Origin: Macrostomum lignano
Lineage: Eukaryota
Length of the DNA stretch: 64,000 bases
NCBI GenBank assembly: GCA_002269645.1
Contig: NIVC01001486.1
Span: 62,001-126,000, forward strand
Direction: 5' to 3'
Below, piece by piece: positions 1 through 13,344 of the stretch. Position 1 is the first letter of the stretch. Each line of letters starts with the position of its first letter. The notes under the pieces are model-generated. The model did no database searches and was not told where the DNA came from. It saw only the letters and a list, made by a program, of their open reading frames with translations. The position numbers and the translations under genes are program-made.

Positions 1-269
<269 letters not shown>

Positions 270-461
270 TGACACTTAAGGGAAGTAAGTCACTCCGGGT
301 AGCTGTTTAGTGTGTCACTCTGGTAATTGTGGCTCTTTGTGTGTCCCTTGGTAGTTGCAGCACTCTGTGTGACTGAGTGTCACAGAGTGTCTCTCTGTGT
401 CTTTCTGGCATTTAGGGTGTAAATCTCAGTTGCTTTGAGTGTCACATAATGTGAACGTAGA

Positions 462-1930
462 TGTCACTCTCATCACTAATATGCACTTCAGGTGTCACTC
501 TTATCACTCACAGGCACTCCAGATGTCCTTCTCACCACTCACAGGCACTCAAGTTGTCACTCTCACCACTCACAGGCACTCCAAATGTCACTCTCGTCAC
601 TTATAGGCACTCCAGATGTCCTTCTCACCACTCACAGGCACTTCAGTTGTCACTCTCACCACTCACAGGCACTCCAGATGTCACTCTCACCACTCACAGG
701 CACTCCAGATGTCCTTCTCGCCACTCACAGGCACTCCAGTTGTCACTCTCACCACTCACAGGCACTCCAGATGTCACTCTCACCACTCACAGGCACTCCA
801 TGTAACTCTCACCACTCACAGGCACTCCAAATGTCACTCTCACCACTCACATGCACTCCAGATGTCACTCTCACCACTCACATGCACTCCAGATGTCCTT
901 CTCGCCACTCACAGGCACTCCAGTTGTCACTCTCACCACTCACAGGCACTCCAGATGTCACTCTCACCACTCACATGCACTCCAGATGTCACTCTCACCA
1001 CTCACAGGCACTCCAGATGTCACTCTCGTCACTCACAGGCACTCCAGATGTCATTCTCACCTCTCAAGGCACTCCAGTTGTCACACCACTCACAGGCACT
1101 CCAGATGTCACCCTCACCACTCACAGGCACTCCATGTAACTCTCACCACTCACAGGCACTCCAGATGTCACTCTCATAACTCACATGCACTCCAGATGTC
1201 CTTCTCACCACTCACAGGCACTCCAGTTGTCACTCTCACCACTCACATGCACTCCAGATGTCCTTCTCACCACTCACAGGCACTCCAGTTGTCACTCTCA
1301 CCACTCACAGGCACTCCAGATGTCACTCTCACCACTCACAGGCACTCCATGTAACTCTCACCACTCACAGGCACTCCAAATGTCACTCTCGTCACTTATA
1401 GGCACTCCAGTTGTCACACCACTCACAGGCACTCCAGATGTCACTCTCACCACTCACAGGCACTCCAAATGTCACTCTCACCACTCACATGCACTCCAGA
1501 TGTCACTCTCACCACTCACAGGCACTCCAGATGTCACTCTCATAACTCACATGCACTCCAGATGTCACTCTCATCACCCACAGGCACTCCAAATGTCACT
1601 CTCGTCACTTATAGGCACTCCAGATGTCACTCTCACCACTCACAGGCACTCCATGTAACTCTCACCACTCACAGGCACTCCATGTAACTCTCACCACTCA
1701 CAGGCACTCCAGATGTCACTCTCGTCACTCACAGGCACTCCAAATGTCACTCTCATAACTCACATGCACTCCAGATGTCACTCTCACCACTCACAGGCAC
1801 TCCATGTAACTCTCTCACCACTCACAGGCACTCCAGATGTCATTCTCACCTCTCAAGGCACTCCAGTTGTCACACCACTCACAGGCACTCCAGATGTCAC
1901 TCTCATCACTCACAGCACTCTCACTCATCA
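462..1930. repeat. 31-bp minisatellite (gtcactctcaccactcacaggcactccagat)
   Basis: Direct tandem array; same family at 28408-29135, 33690-33785, 39510-39760. Confidence 0.95.
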
Positions 1931-2016
1931 CTTTTTTAATCACTTCTCAAAAGTGTCAAAATCAACATCGCAGGCCGCAATTTTGAGTTGAATTCTACTT
2001 GAATTCCACTTCAGTT

Positions 2017-2184
2017 GGCCGCAAACCTGTACGCTGAGGCCTTCAACAAGTGGCAGGTGAGGTGGCAGCGCAGCACTGAGAAGGGTGGCGACTATGTTTA
2101 AAAATGACTGTGCTGTTTGCTCTGGTTGCTTCTTTGTTTCCTGAGTTACGGCACCTGTCCGATTTTTCACCGGACAGCTCTGTA
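2017..2184 (+). mobile_element. Mariner 3' end fragment with putative right TIR ending in TA
   Basis: Matches the last codons of the 15792 ORF, then cacctgtccgatttttcaccggacagctctg-TA. Confidence 0.75.
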
Positions 2185-2698
2185 CTTTGTGTGCAAATTC
2201 TCGAGTTTTAAAGTGATTCTAATCAGCTGTGAAGTAGGTTTTGGCAGTTGAATGAGTTCTTTAGAACACAACAGTTTGTCCAGAAAGCAAAGGTGAGAGT
2301 GGTGAGAGTTTCAAAGTTGTCCAAAATTGCGAAAAGATTTTCTCTACCCCATGACTTTGTCTAAAAATAGCCACAATGAGGAGTGTGGAGTGTGGAGCTC
2401 ATTGGCTTAACCAAAATGCATTTCATTTCATAAATGAGACGATGAGACGATTCATTTGTCTTATCTTATGTTACACGAATCTTATAAGACGTATAAGATT
2501 CAGATCGATCTCTTGGCACATCTCAAATCCCTCAGACTCCGAGTCCAGAAGCCCAGCAATGACATCGTCCGTTGTCAGCGAGCAGCTCAGCAGCAGCCGA
2601 GAGTCACGTGCAGCCCCATCGTTACAGCGTGGGACGCAGAGCTGATGCCAGTCTCTGGCAGATTCGCAGGTGGGTTTTGAGCTTCTGTGATTGCTTAA

Positions 2699-4050
2699 AA
2701 GTGTTGCCACCGACTCTTGGCTCGCAAAAATCGCATCGTAATAAAAAATCGCTGCAACTTTGAAATAAAAAGCATTGTTTTGAGCACGATTCTTATCCCA
2801 GCAACTCACGATTCTTATCCCCAGAATCTCACGATTCTTATCCCAGAATCTCACGATTCTTATCCCCAGAATCTCACGATTCTTATCCCAGAATCTCACG
2901 ATTCTTATCCCAGAATCTCACGATTCTTATCCCAGAATCTCACGATTCTTATCCCACAATCTCACGATTCTTATCCCAGAATCTCACGATTCTTATCCCA
3001 CAATCTCACGATTCTTATCCCAGAATCTCACGATTCTTATCCCAGAATCTCACGATTCTTATCCCAGAATCTCACGATTCTTATCCCAGAATCTCACGAT
3101 TCTTATCCCACAATCTCACGATTCTTATCCCACAATCTCACGATTCTTATCCCAGCAACTCACGATTCTTATCCCCAGAATCTCACGATTCTTATCCCAG
3201 AATCTCACGATTCTTATCCCAGAATCTCACGATTCTTATCCCAGAATCTCACGATTCTTATCCCAGAATCTCACGATTCTTATCCCACAATCTCACGATT
3301 CTTATCCCAGAATCTCACGATTCTTATCCCACAATCTCACGATTCTTATCCCACAATCTCACGATTCTTACCCCCAGAATCTCATGATTCTATCCCACAG
3401 AATCTCACGATTCTTATCCCAGAATCTCACGATTCTTATCCCAGAATCTCACGATTCTTATCCCAGAATCTCACGATTCTTATCCCAGAATCTCACGATT
3501 CTTACCCCCAGAATCTCACGATTCTTATCCCAGAATCTCACGATTCCTATCCTAGAATCTCACGATTCTTATCCCCAGAATCTCACGATTCTTACCCTCA
3601 GAATCTCACGATTCTTATCCCAGAATCTCACGATTCTTATCCCACAATCTCACGATTCTTACCCCCAGAATCTCACGATTCTAACCCCAGAATCTCACGA
3701 TTCTAACCCCCAGAATCTTATGATTCTTACCCCCAGAATCTCACGATTCTTATCCCAGAATCTCACGATTCTTATCCCCAGAATCTCACGATTCTTACCC
3801 ACAGAATCTCACGATTCTAACCCCCAGAATCTCACGATTCTAACCCCCAGAATCTTATGGTTCTTACCCCAGAATCTCACGATTCTTATCCCAGAATCTC
3901 ACGATTCTTATCCCCAGAATCTCACGATTCTTACCCACAGAATCTCACGATTCTAACCCCAGAATCTCACGATTCTAACCCCAGAATCTTATGATTCTTA
4001 CCGCCAGAATATCACGATTCTTACCCCAGAATCTCAGATATCCCAGAATT
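2699..4050. mobile_element. Second copy of the hAT-type MITE, right end lost, 22-bp array expanded (2790-4050)
   Basis: Same left flank (ttgcttaa) and internal sequence as 31072; unit aatctcacgattcttatcccag. Confidence 0.7.
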
Positions 4051-4550
4051 CTTATCCCAACGAGTGGCAGTTGAGATGGCAGCGCCTCTGTCCATACAAT
4101 AGGACAGTTGCCATGAATAGCACTCGACTCGTCGCAGATGGTCCATATAAGTGGCGACGGCTAGCTAGTTATGTATTCTATATTATTCTATAATGGCTCA
4201 CGCGGCATTCAGCTCGATTTCTTGGCACATCTCGAATCAGCCAACTGACTCCACAGACTCCGACTCCAGAACCTCAGCGGAGCCAGCAGCAGACAATGTC
4301 AGCAGCAGCCCGACTGTCACGTGCAGCCCCATCGTTGCGGCCTGGGACGCAGAGCTCATCCCGATCTCTGGCAGATTCTCAGGTGGGTTTTGAGCTTCCG
4401 TGATTGCTTAAACATTACCTTAGTAATAGTAATGATTCACCGTGTAATATTTGTCTTTAGGCTAAACTGTTTTTTCGTATTTGTCATGCCAAAATAAAGT
4501 GAAAAATAGCATTCTTTTACCCTAGATAGACTTCGGTTTTAAACATAAAT

Positions 4551-5065
4551 GGTTGGTGCTGTGGTGTCACTCTGTGTGTCACTCTGTGTGTCACTTTGTG
4601 TCCCTCTGGGTAGCTGTGGCACTTTGTGTGTCACTCTGGGTAGCTGCTGCACTATGTGTGTCACTCTGGGTAGCTGTGGCACTCTGTGTGTCACTCTGGG
4701 TAGCTGTGGCACTTTGTGTGTCACTCTGGGTAGCTGTGGCACTATGTGTGTCACTCTGGGTAGCTGTGGCACTATGTGTGTCACTCTGTGTGTCACTTTG
4801 TGCCACTCTTGGTAGCTGTGGCACTCTGTGTGTCACTCTGTGTGTCACTTTGTGTCACTCTGGGTAGCTGCTGCACTCTGTGTGTCACTCTGGGTAGCTG
4901 CGGCACTTTGTGTGTCACTTTGTGTGTCACTTTGTGTGTCACTTTGTGTGTCACTTTGTGTGTCACTTTGTGTGTCACTTTGTGTGTCACTTTGTGTGTC
5001 ACTCTGTGTGTCACTCTGGGTAGCTGCTGCACTCTGTGTGTCACTGTGGGTAGCTGTGGCACTCT
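4551..5065. repeat. 30-bp minisatellite (gtgtcactctgggtagctgtggcactctgt) with 12-bp subunits
   Basis: Same family at 160-265, 24722-25540, 33302-33650. Confidence 0.95.
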
Positions 5066-5405
5066 TATAAGAAATTCTTGAGTTCGAAAATTAGAGACTG
5101 TCCAGGCTACAAGAGTAATGACTGAGGGGCAATTCTCGAATACTCCGCTTACCTACGCCGCAAAAATATAAGATATGAAAATCATATTGACCTAATAAAA
5201 TTAAGAATTCATTGCTTGCAATGTTTTATACAGTGATTTGCTGCTGGAATCCATATGAAAGCTGTCAATGATTAACCTGTGAATTTGTTTTGTGCTCATT
5301 CTACCTGCTCGTGAAATAAAGTGTTGCAGAAGCTGAAGCTTTATGTTAATGGAATTTTCAGCTTAGCAGGCAGGCATCGCAGTAGAAATTGTCGAAGGCG
5401 GCTGC

Positions 5406-6460
5406 CGACGGAGCTGAGAAAACTGATGCCCCTGTTGCCAGTGGCGAATCTGCTGCCACTGCCGAGTGAGACAGGTCGCGAGTTCGAATCCTAGCTTTAA
5501 TTAGACTTCCGTGTTAAAATTATACTGCCAGTTCTCATAACTTAAGCAAACCATGCATATTGTTGCACTTTATCTTTAATCCCCGTTTCTCATGAATTTC
5601 CCCCAGTTTCTCAAAAGTTCCCCAGTTTCTCATGAATTTCCCCCAGTTTCTCAAAAGTTCCCCAGTTTCTCATGAATTCCCCCATGTTTCTCATGAATTC
5701 CCCCATGTTTCTCATGAATTCCCCCATGTTTCTCATGAATTCCCCCATTTTTCTCATGAATTCTCCAGTTTCTCATGAATTCCCCTTGTTTCTCATGAAT
5801 TCCCCAGTTTCTCATGAATTCCCCAGTTTCTCATGAATTCCCCAGTTTCTCATGAATTCCCCCAGTTTCTCATGAATTCCCCAGTTTCTCATGAATTCCC
5901 CCATGTTTCTCATGAATTCCCCCATGTTTCTCATGAATTCCCCATGTTTCTCATGAATTCTCCAGTTTCTCATGAATTCCCCAGTTTCTCATGAATTCCC
6001 CAGTTTCTCATGAATTCCCCAGTTTCTCATGAATTCCCCCATGTTTCTCATGAATTCCCCCAGTTTCTCATGAATTCCCCAGTTTCTCATGAATTCCCCA
6101 GTTTCTCATGAATTCCCCAGTTTCTCATGAATTCCCCAGTTTCTCATGAATTCCCCAGTTTCTCATGAATTCCCTAGTTTCTCGTGAATTCCTCAGTTTC
6201 TCATGAATTCCCCCAGTTTCTCATGGTTTTAATCCCCTCACCAATCCCATAATTGTGAGCACTTGCTTGCGTAAAGCTTGCTCAGTGTCAAAATTGAAGC
6301 AACTCATTAGCTTCCTTTTTAAATTTCTGTTATTAATATACTGTAAATTATTGTTCACTAACCGAGTTCCTACTAATTTATAATTATTAGTAACTTCCAT
6401 AAAGTTCGAAAATCATATCGTCTGACATATCCTCTGTCGCATATTTCTGGTTTTGTACAG
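5406..6460 (+). pseudogene. Inverted duplicate of the CHD 3' end (last codons, stop, 3' flank with minisatellite)
   Basis: Reverse complement of 47369-48592 (gagctgagaaaac..gccactgccgagtga..gaattcccc array..ttttgtacag). Confidence 0.9.
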
Positions 6461-6773
6461 TGTACCGAATAAACCGATTGAATTTACCGGCACGCAAAAA
6501 AAATTTAGGTTTTTTCATTTTTTAAAAGCATAACCCTTTCTGCATAAAAATTGGGTTCAATATTATAGTTGAATAAACTAAACAGCTTGTCTAATAAAAA
6601 ATGTATGTAGTTCGTATGTATAAAAGTATGTGTAATAATAATATAAATATACAGCAACATGAGTTCAAGCTTAACTATAGCAATGTCCGTGCTTAAAAAA
6701 TTTTGAGAGCTTCAGAAATGTTAAGAGAATGATGAAAAATCACGCTCAGGTGTCCTTACTCACCTGTTGCCAC

Positions 6774-7379
6774 CTGTTGAAGGTGCCGACGGCGTCGGGG
6801 TGATGACTAAAGGCTCGAGAGACTAGCTGAGAATGTCCGGCAGTTGAGGTTTGCCCATTATTGAAGCTTGATAAGAAAAACCTGACATATTTGCAACAGG
6901 ATGTCCATAGTCACCTGGTGTAATCTGTTGAAGGTGCCGACGGCGTCGGGGTGATGACTAAAGGCTCGAGAGACTAGCTGAGAATGTCCGGCAGTTGAGG
7001 TTTGCCCATTATTGAAGCTTGATAAGAAAAACCTGACATATTTGCAACAGGATGTCCATAGTCACCTGGTGTAATCTGTTGAAGGTGCCGACGGCGTCGG
7101 GGTGATGACTAAAGGCTCGAGAGACTAGCTGAGAATGTCCGGCAGTTGAGGTTTGCCCATTATTGAAGCTTGATAAGAAAAACCTGACATATTTGCAACA
7201 GGATGTCCATAGTCACCTGGTGTAATCTGTTGAAGGTGCCAACGGCGTCGGGGTGATGGCTAAAGGCTCGAGAGACTAGCTGAGAATGTCCGGCAGTTGA
7301 GGTTTGCCCATTATTGAAGCTTGATAAGAAAAACCTGACATATTTGCAACAGGGTGTCCATGGTCACCTGGTGCCACAG
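6774..7379. repeat. Four tandem 151-bp units
   Basis: ctgttgaagg recurs at 6774, 6925, 7076, 7227, 7380. Confidence 0.95.
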
Positions 7380-8348
7380 CTGTTGAAGGTCCAGAAGCTC
7401 CGCCTGGGGGAAGGCTATTGACCAACGAAGTCAGAGCTGATGCAGACACATGTGGTCGACGTGCTAATGAAATTTGGAGACTTGGCAAGGCTGCACTGAG
7501 GCGCAGTGCTAATTGGCGCACAGGGGTGTACTGAATCCACTAACGCTTATGGGAAAAATCAGACCTTCTGGCAGAATCGTCGAATATCTCGACGGTCCGG
7601 AAGGCTGGCGACTTGATTCTTGTTTGAGAAGGTGCACAACAAAAAGTTAGCTCGTGTTCTTGAATTTCGTGTGCCTGCGTTGCTCCGTACCGGCGCAGCA
7701 AAAAAAATTGTCAGGGGGGGGGGGGAATTTTTCTCCCCCTCTTGGTAGTTATACTGTTAAAGGACATTCTATGTCCATCCAAACTGCCCGCCGTAACTAG
7801 TGCTCGGTCCCAAAACTCAAACCTCTTTTCAGATGAGAACTAGATGAACAGGTGTACACACGCGTTGCAATCGTTCCCACCCCAACCATATTGATCATTT
7901 TATTTTACACGTGGTTTTTTATACTCACTATAAATACCCAACTCTGTTTTAATTCGCCCGTTTTCACTGATTTTTATTTGCAATATACCCTGACAAAGAC
8001 TCGGTTCGGGTCGAAAATTAGTTTTTCTTCTTAGAATTAAAGAAATTGTGAATTTGCTTCAACTGTGTGCGTGGTTTCATTTCGCCTTATCTATCATCTA
8101 TCTATCTATCTATCTTTTGAACTTTTTGAACACAGTATCAGAGATATCAGATATATTCCTGTCTTGCTACTCATTAGGGGTCGATCCCTTTTTCCTATTA
8201 GGGTGGAGCCTCAGCCAATCCTTGCACAGCATAGGTGGTCAATTCTTCATTGGCTTCTTCCAGCAAATATATTACCCAAATTTCTTACCAGAATCCGAAG
8301 AAGCGTCTCAGAAACTGCGGTTCGGCCACTCACTGGGATTTTTTCCCA

Positions 8349-9222
8349 ATGCTGAAACTCTGCGCTTTGCTGCTCTGCTGGGCAGCTGGTCCCGGACGCT
8401 GCGCCGCTGCTGCGGTGCCGCCTCAACCGTTGGAGTTTCGCCACCTCGGCTGCTACGTGGATGGCGGTAATGGCAACCGAGATCTCGTAGGACTGGAGGG
8501 AGTCAAAAAGTTCGGACAGTTTGAGACTCACCCTTCTAACCCAGCATTCGGTCACGATGGCTCCAAGATGACACTGCAACTGTGCAGCCAGATGTGCTCT
8601 TACGGCCGATTTCGCTACTTTGGAGTTCAGTCTGCGGGCTTCTGCTGCTGCGGCTCGGCCTACGGATCGCACGGCATCGCACAGGCTGGCGACTGCAGCA
8701 GAGCTTGCACTGGAAACTCGGTTCAGATTTGCGGTGGAGGCTCAAGAAACTCCATCTACGAACTGACTTACCCACAAAGTAAGTGTTCCGGATTAACGCA
8801 GCTCGCACAAGTGTAAACACAGGTTATGTAAAGTTAGTGAAGGACGACTTAAAAACACTGAACTCTTTTTTCATTAAATTTACTTCTCATTGGAAGATTT
8901 AACCATCAATATTCGAATTAATTTGACTGATAAAATATTATATTGGCATTCCATATTTTCAATCAACCCTTCTGCAGTCAATCCGGTGATGCCGAAACTG
9001 CCCCTGACGTCTCTGCCGAACATCACAGCCTCCGCGAGCTCCATCACTCACCGCAACATCGCAGCCAGCAGTGCAGTTGAATGCGCCACCATCTGCTACG
9101 GCAGCCCGGACTGTCAGGGCTGCGCCTTCGTGCCTTCGAGCCGCATGTGCCGCCTGCTGAGATTCGCCGCTGTGCCCGCTGAGGTGGCCAGCGAGACTGA
9201 GGGGGTCTGGATGAAGCTGTGA
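8349..9222 (+). CDS. Secreted WSC-domain + PAN/apple-like protein, two exons
   Basis: Exon 1 8349-8778: signal-like MLKLCALLLCWAAG, WSC motifs LGCYVD, MTLQLCSQMC, YFGVQ..CCCG, C..ACTGNSVQICGG. Intron gtaagt...tgcag, phase 1. Exon 2 8978-9222: VECATICYGSPDCQGCAF....CRL, stop TGA. Confidence 0.82.
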
Positions 9223-9313
9223 GGCTGAGTGGGTCTGGATGAAGCTGTGAGGCTGAGAGAGTCTGGATGAAGCTGTGAGGCTGAGTAGGTCTGGATGAAG
9301 CTTTGAGGCTGAG
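9204..9313. repeat. Four 28-bp units spanning the WSC gene stop codon
   Basis: gtctggatgaagct at 9205, 9233, 9261, 9289. Confidence 0.9.
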
Positions 9314-10269
9314 CTGGGTGAAGGCGCAAGAGACTGAAGTGCTGATTACGGAGGCAAATTACAATAAACGTTATTAAAATCGATACATTGAAACCCCCCA
9401 AGAACATTGCTGCTGACCCTGAAATCGAGTTCCCCTTCTCTGTCCTAAATGAAGTTTCATGTTAACCCTGCAATGTTTTTTGAGTTGTGAGAAAAAATCT
9501 AATATCTAAGTAGCTATAGAAAAACAAAAAAATACAAATCTTTTTTAATTCTTTCTGGCTGTCGATAACAATTTAGGTTTATTCCCTCTTAATTCTTATA
9601 TTTTGCAGATATTCATGTATTTATGGCAAATACGCATGCACAATTGGATACATAAATATTACCTATCTCTGGATGTAGAAGAATGTGGGATGCATAAGCT
9701 GTGAGTTCCCTTTAAAAAACAGAAAAGTTGAAGGAAGCCTTCTATTCAGGTGCTGTCTATCTGTCCATCCCAAGTTTGGTTGTGCGATTCTGACTCTGTC
9801 ATGAGAAAGCAAACCCAATGCATTGTCTGCAGGAGCTTTTCCGGTTGGTAACTGATGCAGCGTTCAGAACCTGTGAATGCGTCTCTCAGTCAGACTTGTG
9901 CCGAAAAAGTTTGCTGCAGAAATTCGAGAAACAAAGAAGAAATGCATCCGCAGATGCAAGCCGTTGTTTGCTTTTAAAATCGATGAAGAAGCGATGTTAA
10001 AAGAAGAAAAGCTAAAAAACTTCTCTTTTTTAGAGTTAAAAATAGAGGAAAACCTTGGAGCTGCTTTGGCAACTGGGCGCTTTTACTTCCATGGACAGCT
10101 GAATTCCATGAAAGCTACACTTGATTTTTTTAGAAATCTTGGCCGGTGAAGAATGTGTGTGTTCTTGGTAGCACAGAAAATCCACGGAATGCTCAATCGC
10201 CTGATTAATAAAGGGATCTGATGCAGAACTAAAGTGCTAAGTAGCCAGCAGCTAGTTAAGCAGATAAAA

Positions 10270-10428
10270 GACCGTATGCAGAAAGCCTAGTCCAGACTAG
10301 CTTACTCCGGACTTGGGTAGTTCAGTCTATAGTCTATGGTCTAGCTACCCTAGTTCTGTCTATAGTAGACCGGTCTAACTTTGTGTTTCTGCATACCAAA
10401 TCCAAGACTAAGCTTTCTGAATACGGCC
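10270..10428. mobile_element. Small MITE-like inverted-repeat element
   Basis: ccgtatgcagaaagcctagtc versus reverse complement ccgtattcagaaagcttagtc; no clear target duplication. Confidence 0.5.
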
Positions 10429-12019
10429 TTTCTGCATCTAAAGTATACTTGTTTTATTAGATTAAAATAGCATCGAGCAATTTCTTGGCCAAGTTGCATG
10501 TACCGTCACGGAAAAATTTCTGATCGAACAGTGCAAGTTCGAACAAAATCGGTTGAGCCGTTTTTGCTAAAATCGATCGCATACCTAGATACCGACAGAA
10601 TAGTTTTATAATAGTATATGGAAGATTTAGTATATTTAGATATAATAAACGATTGTTGCTTGTTTTTTATTAGAAAATCAAGTCAAGAAATATTGGAAAC
10701 ATTCTGAACACATCCTCTCTTGATGGTTTGTTAAGACGGAATACATCGGACTAACACTGGAAATAACCTTTTCGACCGCTATCTAGTAGAATTTGGTTTA
10801 GCTCAATTTTAGCTTAATCGTAAGTTTCTTTTTGGGACATATATACTACTATTCCCTACCTTCTGCACACAAAGAGTAGTTTAAGCGCAAATGCGATCCG
10901 ATTGTTTATTACCAGTGTATCTCTCAAGCCAAACACGCAATTGAGCTATACAAAACAAAAACATCTGTGCATATCAAAATATCCTTGAAATTTTCGTCTC
11001 TCGTAAGCATATGTGCGTATTGACTCAGAATTCAAAATTACCAGGGGTGATAGAAGTTTGACGCTGGCTAGGGGGTGGGTGCCAAAAAGTACCTCTTTAT
11101 TAAGCCGGTTTACATTGTAGTGACCTTCGCGAACTTTCCCGATTATTGTACTATTAAAAATTCTACGCCTTTCCTGAAATTTCTATTAAGTTCACAATAT
11201 TATTTCTACACCGTTTAGGCATATTAAATTATTAATTTACATGAATTCTTGTACTGTAACACTTAGTCACTATTTGAGCAATACGTACATACAACTTAGT
11301 TTTGTTATAACGATGCACGTTTTTTCCAGAACTTTCCGGAAACCCCAATTCATCTATAAATACACGAAACCAGAAATACAATTATTTTAAGCCTTTTCAA
11401 TCACTCGATTGACTCAAACAAACAGAGCATTCGACTGCCAAACCTTTACAACATTACCTAAGGGTTACTCAGTATTTAGTAGTCCCTCTGTGACATTACT
11501 GCTAGTGACTACGCGGTCAAACATTGCTCAAATCAGATGTAAAATGGTGTTACGATAACTGCACACGATGATATCATTCACAATACTAACAATTAAGTAT
11601 TGTTTCACATGAAAGATGTACAAAGCGACAAAGAATGATTTAGAAACCATAGTGCAATCACGCAACTAGAATTGTCATACCAACAAATCAGCAGTGAGGA
11701 CAAAATTTTATATTACACAGACATTTAGCCGTTGTATAACGTCGTTATCCCTCGATGCAATGTAAAAGCACATTTTTTCAGCGACATTTATAGGCGTCGT
11801 GGGGTGCAAACTGAAGGTAACGGGCTCAGGTGGTTGTTTATTATGACAAATGAGTCCACCTTCAACTGAAAAATATTGCAGTTGTTCTGTAAAGGTAATT
11901 GTAACGACAATTATTGAAGAATATATTACTTTAAATTATTTAGGATAATGGTGGATCGCAGCTAGCGCCCTGCAGATAAGACCTGTCTAGAGACTCTCAG
12001 GAGAACGCAAGGGCGCGCA

Positions 12020-12500
12020 TGCCGCATGATCATTAGCGCCCCCCCGTCTGCTCCTTATGATGGTCTCAACGCCTTCCTCAACATTCCCCTGCTGGAAACG
12101 ATCTTTGTCCACAGGAAAGCTTCCAAGATTTCCCGCCGTCTAATTGACGCCGGCATTCGTTTCGGCCCCATAGGGCCATATAATAGGACCTACGGACAAA
12201 GAATATGTTCAGCACTTTGTCTGTCAAATGCCGTTTTCATTATCAGGGACCGGCTACGCTACCTCAGGCTGAACTCTCCATTATCAAGGTCCGCCAGCCA
12301 AACAGCATCCCAAGACTCATCCAGTTTGAATATGGGCCGAATGCAGAGACTCCAACCAGGCCAGTCATGTCGGGGTCCCTTTTATCCACGAAGCAACCGA
12401 TGTAGCGGAATGCCATCGGATGAGGCGGCACCGAAGTCAAGCAGCTTCCGAACACCGCCCACATCAGCAAGTAAATGACAGCAAAGCTTTGTGAAAACAT
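12020..12500 (-). pseudogene. Decayed paralogue of the WSC gene
   Basis: Signal-like N-terminus then VPPHPMAFRYIGCFVD...GLVGVSAFG, matching VPPQPLEFRHLGCYVD...GLEGVKKFG of the 8349 gene. Frame closes at 12264 with stops downstream; 3' boundary uncertain. Confidence 0.62.
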
Positions 12501-13344
12501 TTCTGTCTGGATTATTCAGAGTGAAAGCGTGGATGTTGGGGGAAACAGTCGGAGACTGAGCCCGGGAAAGAGTCCATTGTGCAGTTTTTATCTTTGCTTT
12601 GAAAAGGCAGACTTGCCGTCTTAAAAATTGTCTTTTGCTATTGGCCAATTCCCACTCAGTAGAACCAAACTGCGCGTAGCCTAGCTGAATTTTTCAGGTT
12701 GCCATGCCGTTGCTAAGGAAGCTGTGAGCCAGTCAGAAACGAGTCTTCTAACGCTTTTGTTTCTCTGCACCCAACCAGCCTGTGTTGCGCTGTCATGTTG
12801 AATAAATTTTCTTTTATAAAATGAGAGACCATCAGCGGCTTCACGACCAATTTAAATTGATCTTCACAAAGCATATTCAGTTATTTGTTACTAATCTAAT
12901 TTTATTAAACTCTATTAGAACGGAATGCCAACAAAGGCCTGGGTGCCTCCGAATACTAGAAAAGCGTTGTGTTTTTGTGCTTTTCGACTTGGTTTCGCTC
13001 TATCATGACAATGCACCCCTCAGGTGTCGGGGTTGGGCTTTTCTGGCTTTGCAGAGACTTAGACATCGAATTCTTTGTACACCTACCCAAGTACAGTCAT
13101 TCTCTTGCGAGGTTTGGGCAGTTGAATAAGGACTGGAATTCCGAGAGAAAAATCTATTTTTAACCCACCTTCAGATCCGGACATAGCGGAAAACACCCAC
13201 TCAAAATAAACGAGAACTCCGGAACTCCACAGTCCTAATTTTGTAGGAATCGATCCTCTCCTTCTGAGTGTGTGCTGCTTTGATAAGCACTACTAAATGC
13301 AACACTGTAAATGAAAGACAAACTAAGACAGAAGACTCAATTCA

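Noticed and set aside
461-1991. Long His/Ser/Thr-rich ORFs, and similar ones at 2717-3956, 24715-25693, 28266-29250, 42161-43100, 51090-52263 and 60324-61835
   Set aside because: They are translations of stop-free minisatellite units, often open in several frames, and lie in introns or duplicated introns.
462-4050. CRISPR-like regular repeats
   Set aside because: Units are directly adjacent with no unique spacers, there are no cas genes, and the context is eukaryotic.
9800-10149. Possible zinc-finger or transposase remnant
   Set aside because: Only a CxxC and a short ORF; no recognisable motif set.
12700-12725. X-box-like sequence upstream of the WSC pseudogene
   Set aside because: Only partial half-site matches; expected by chance.
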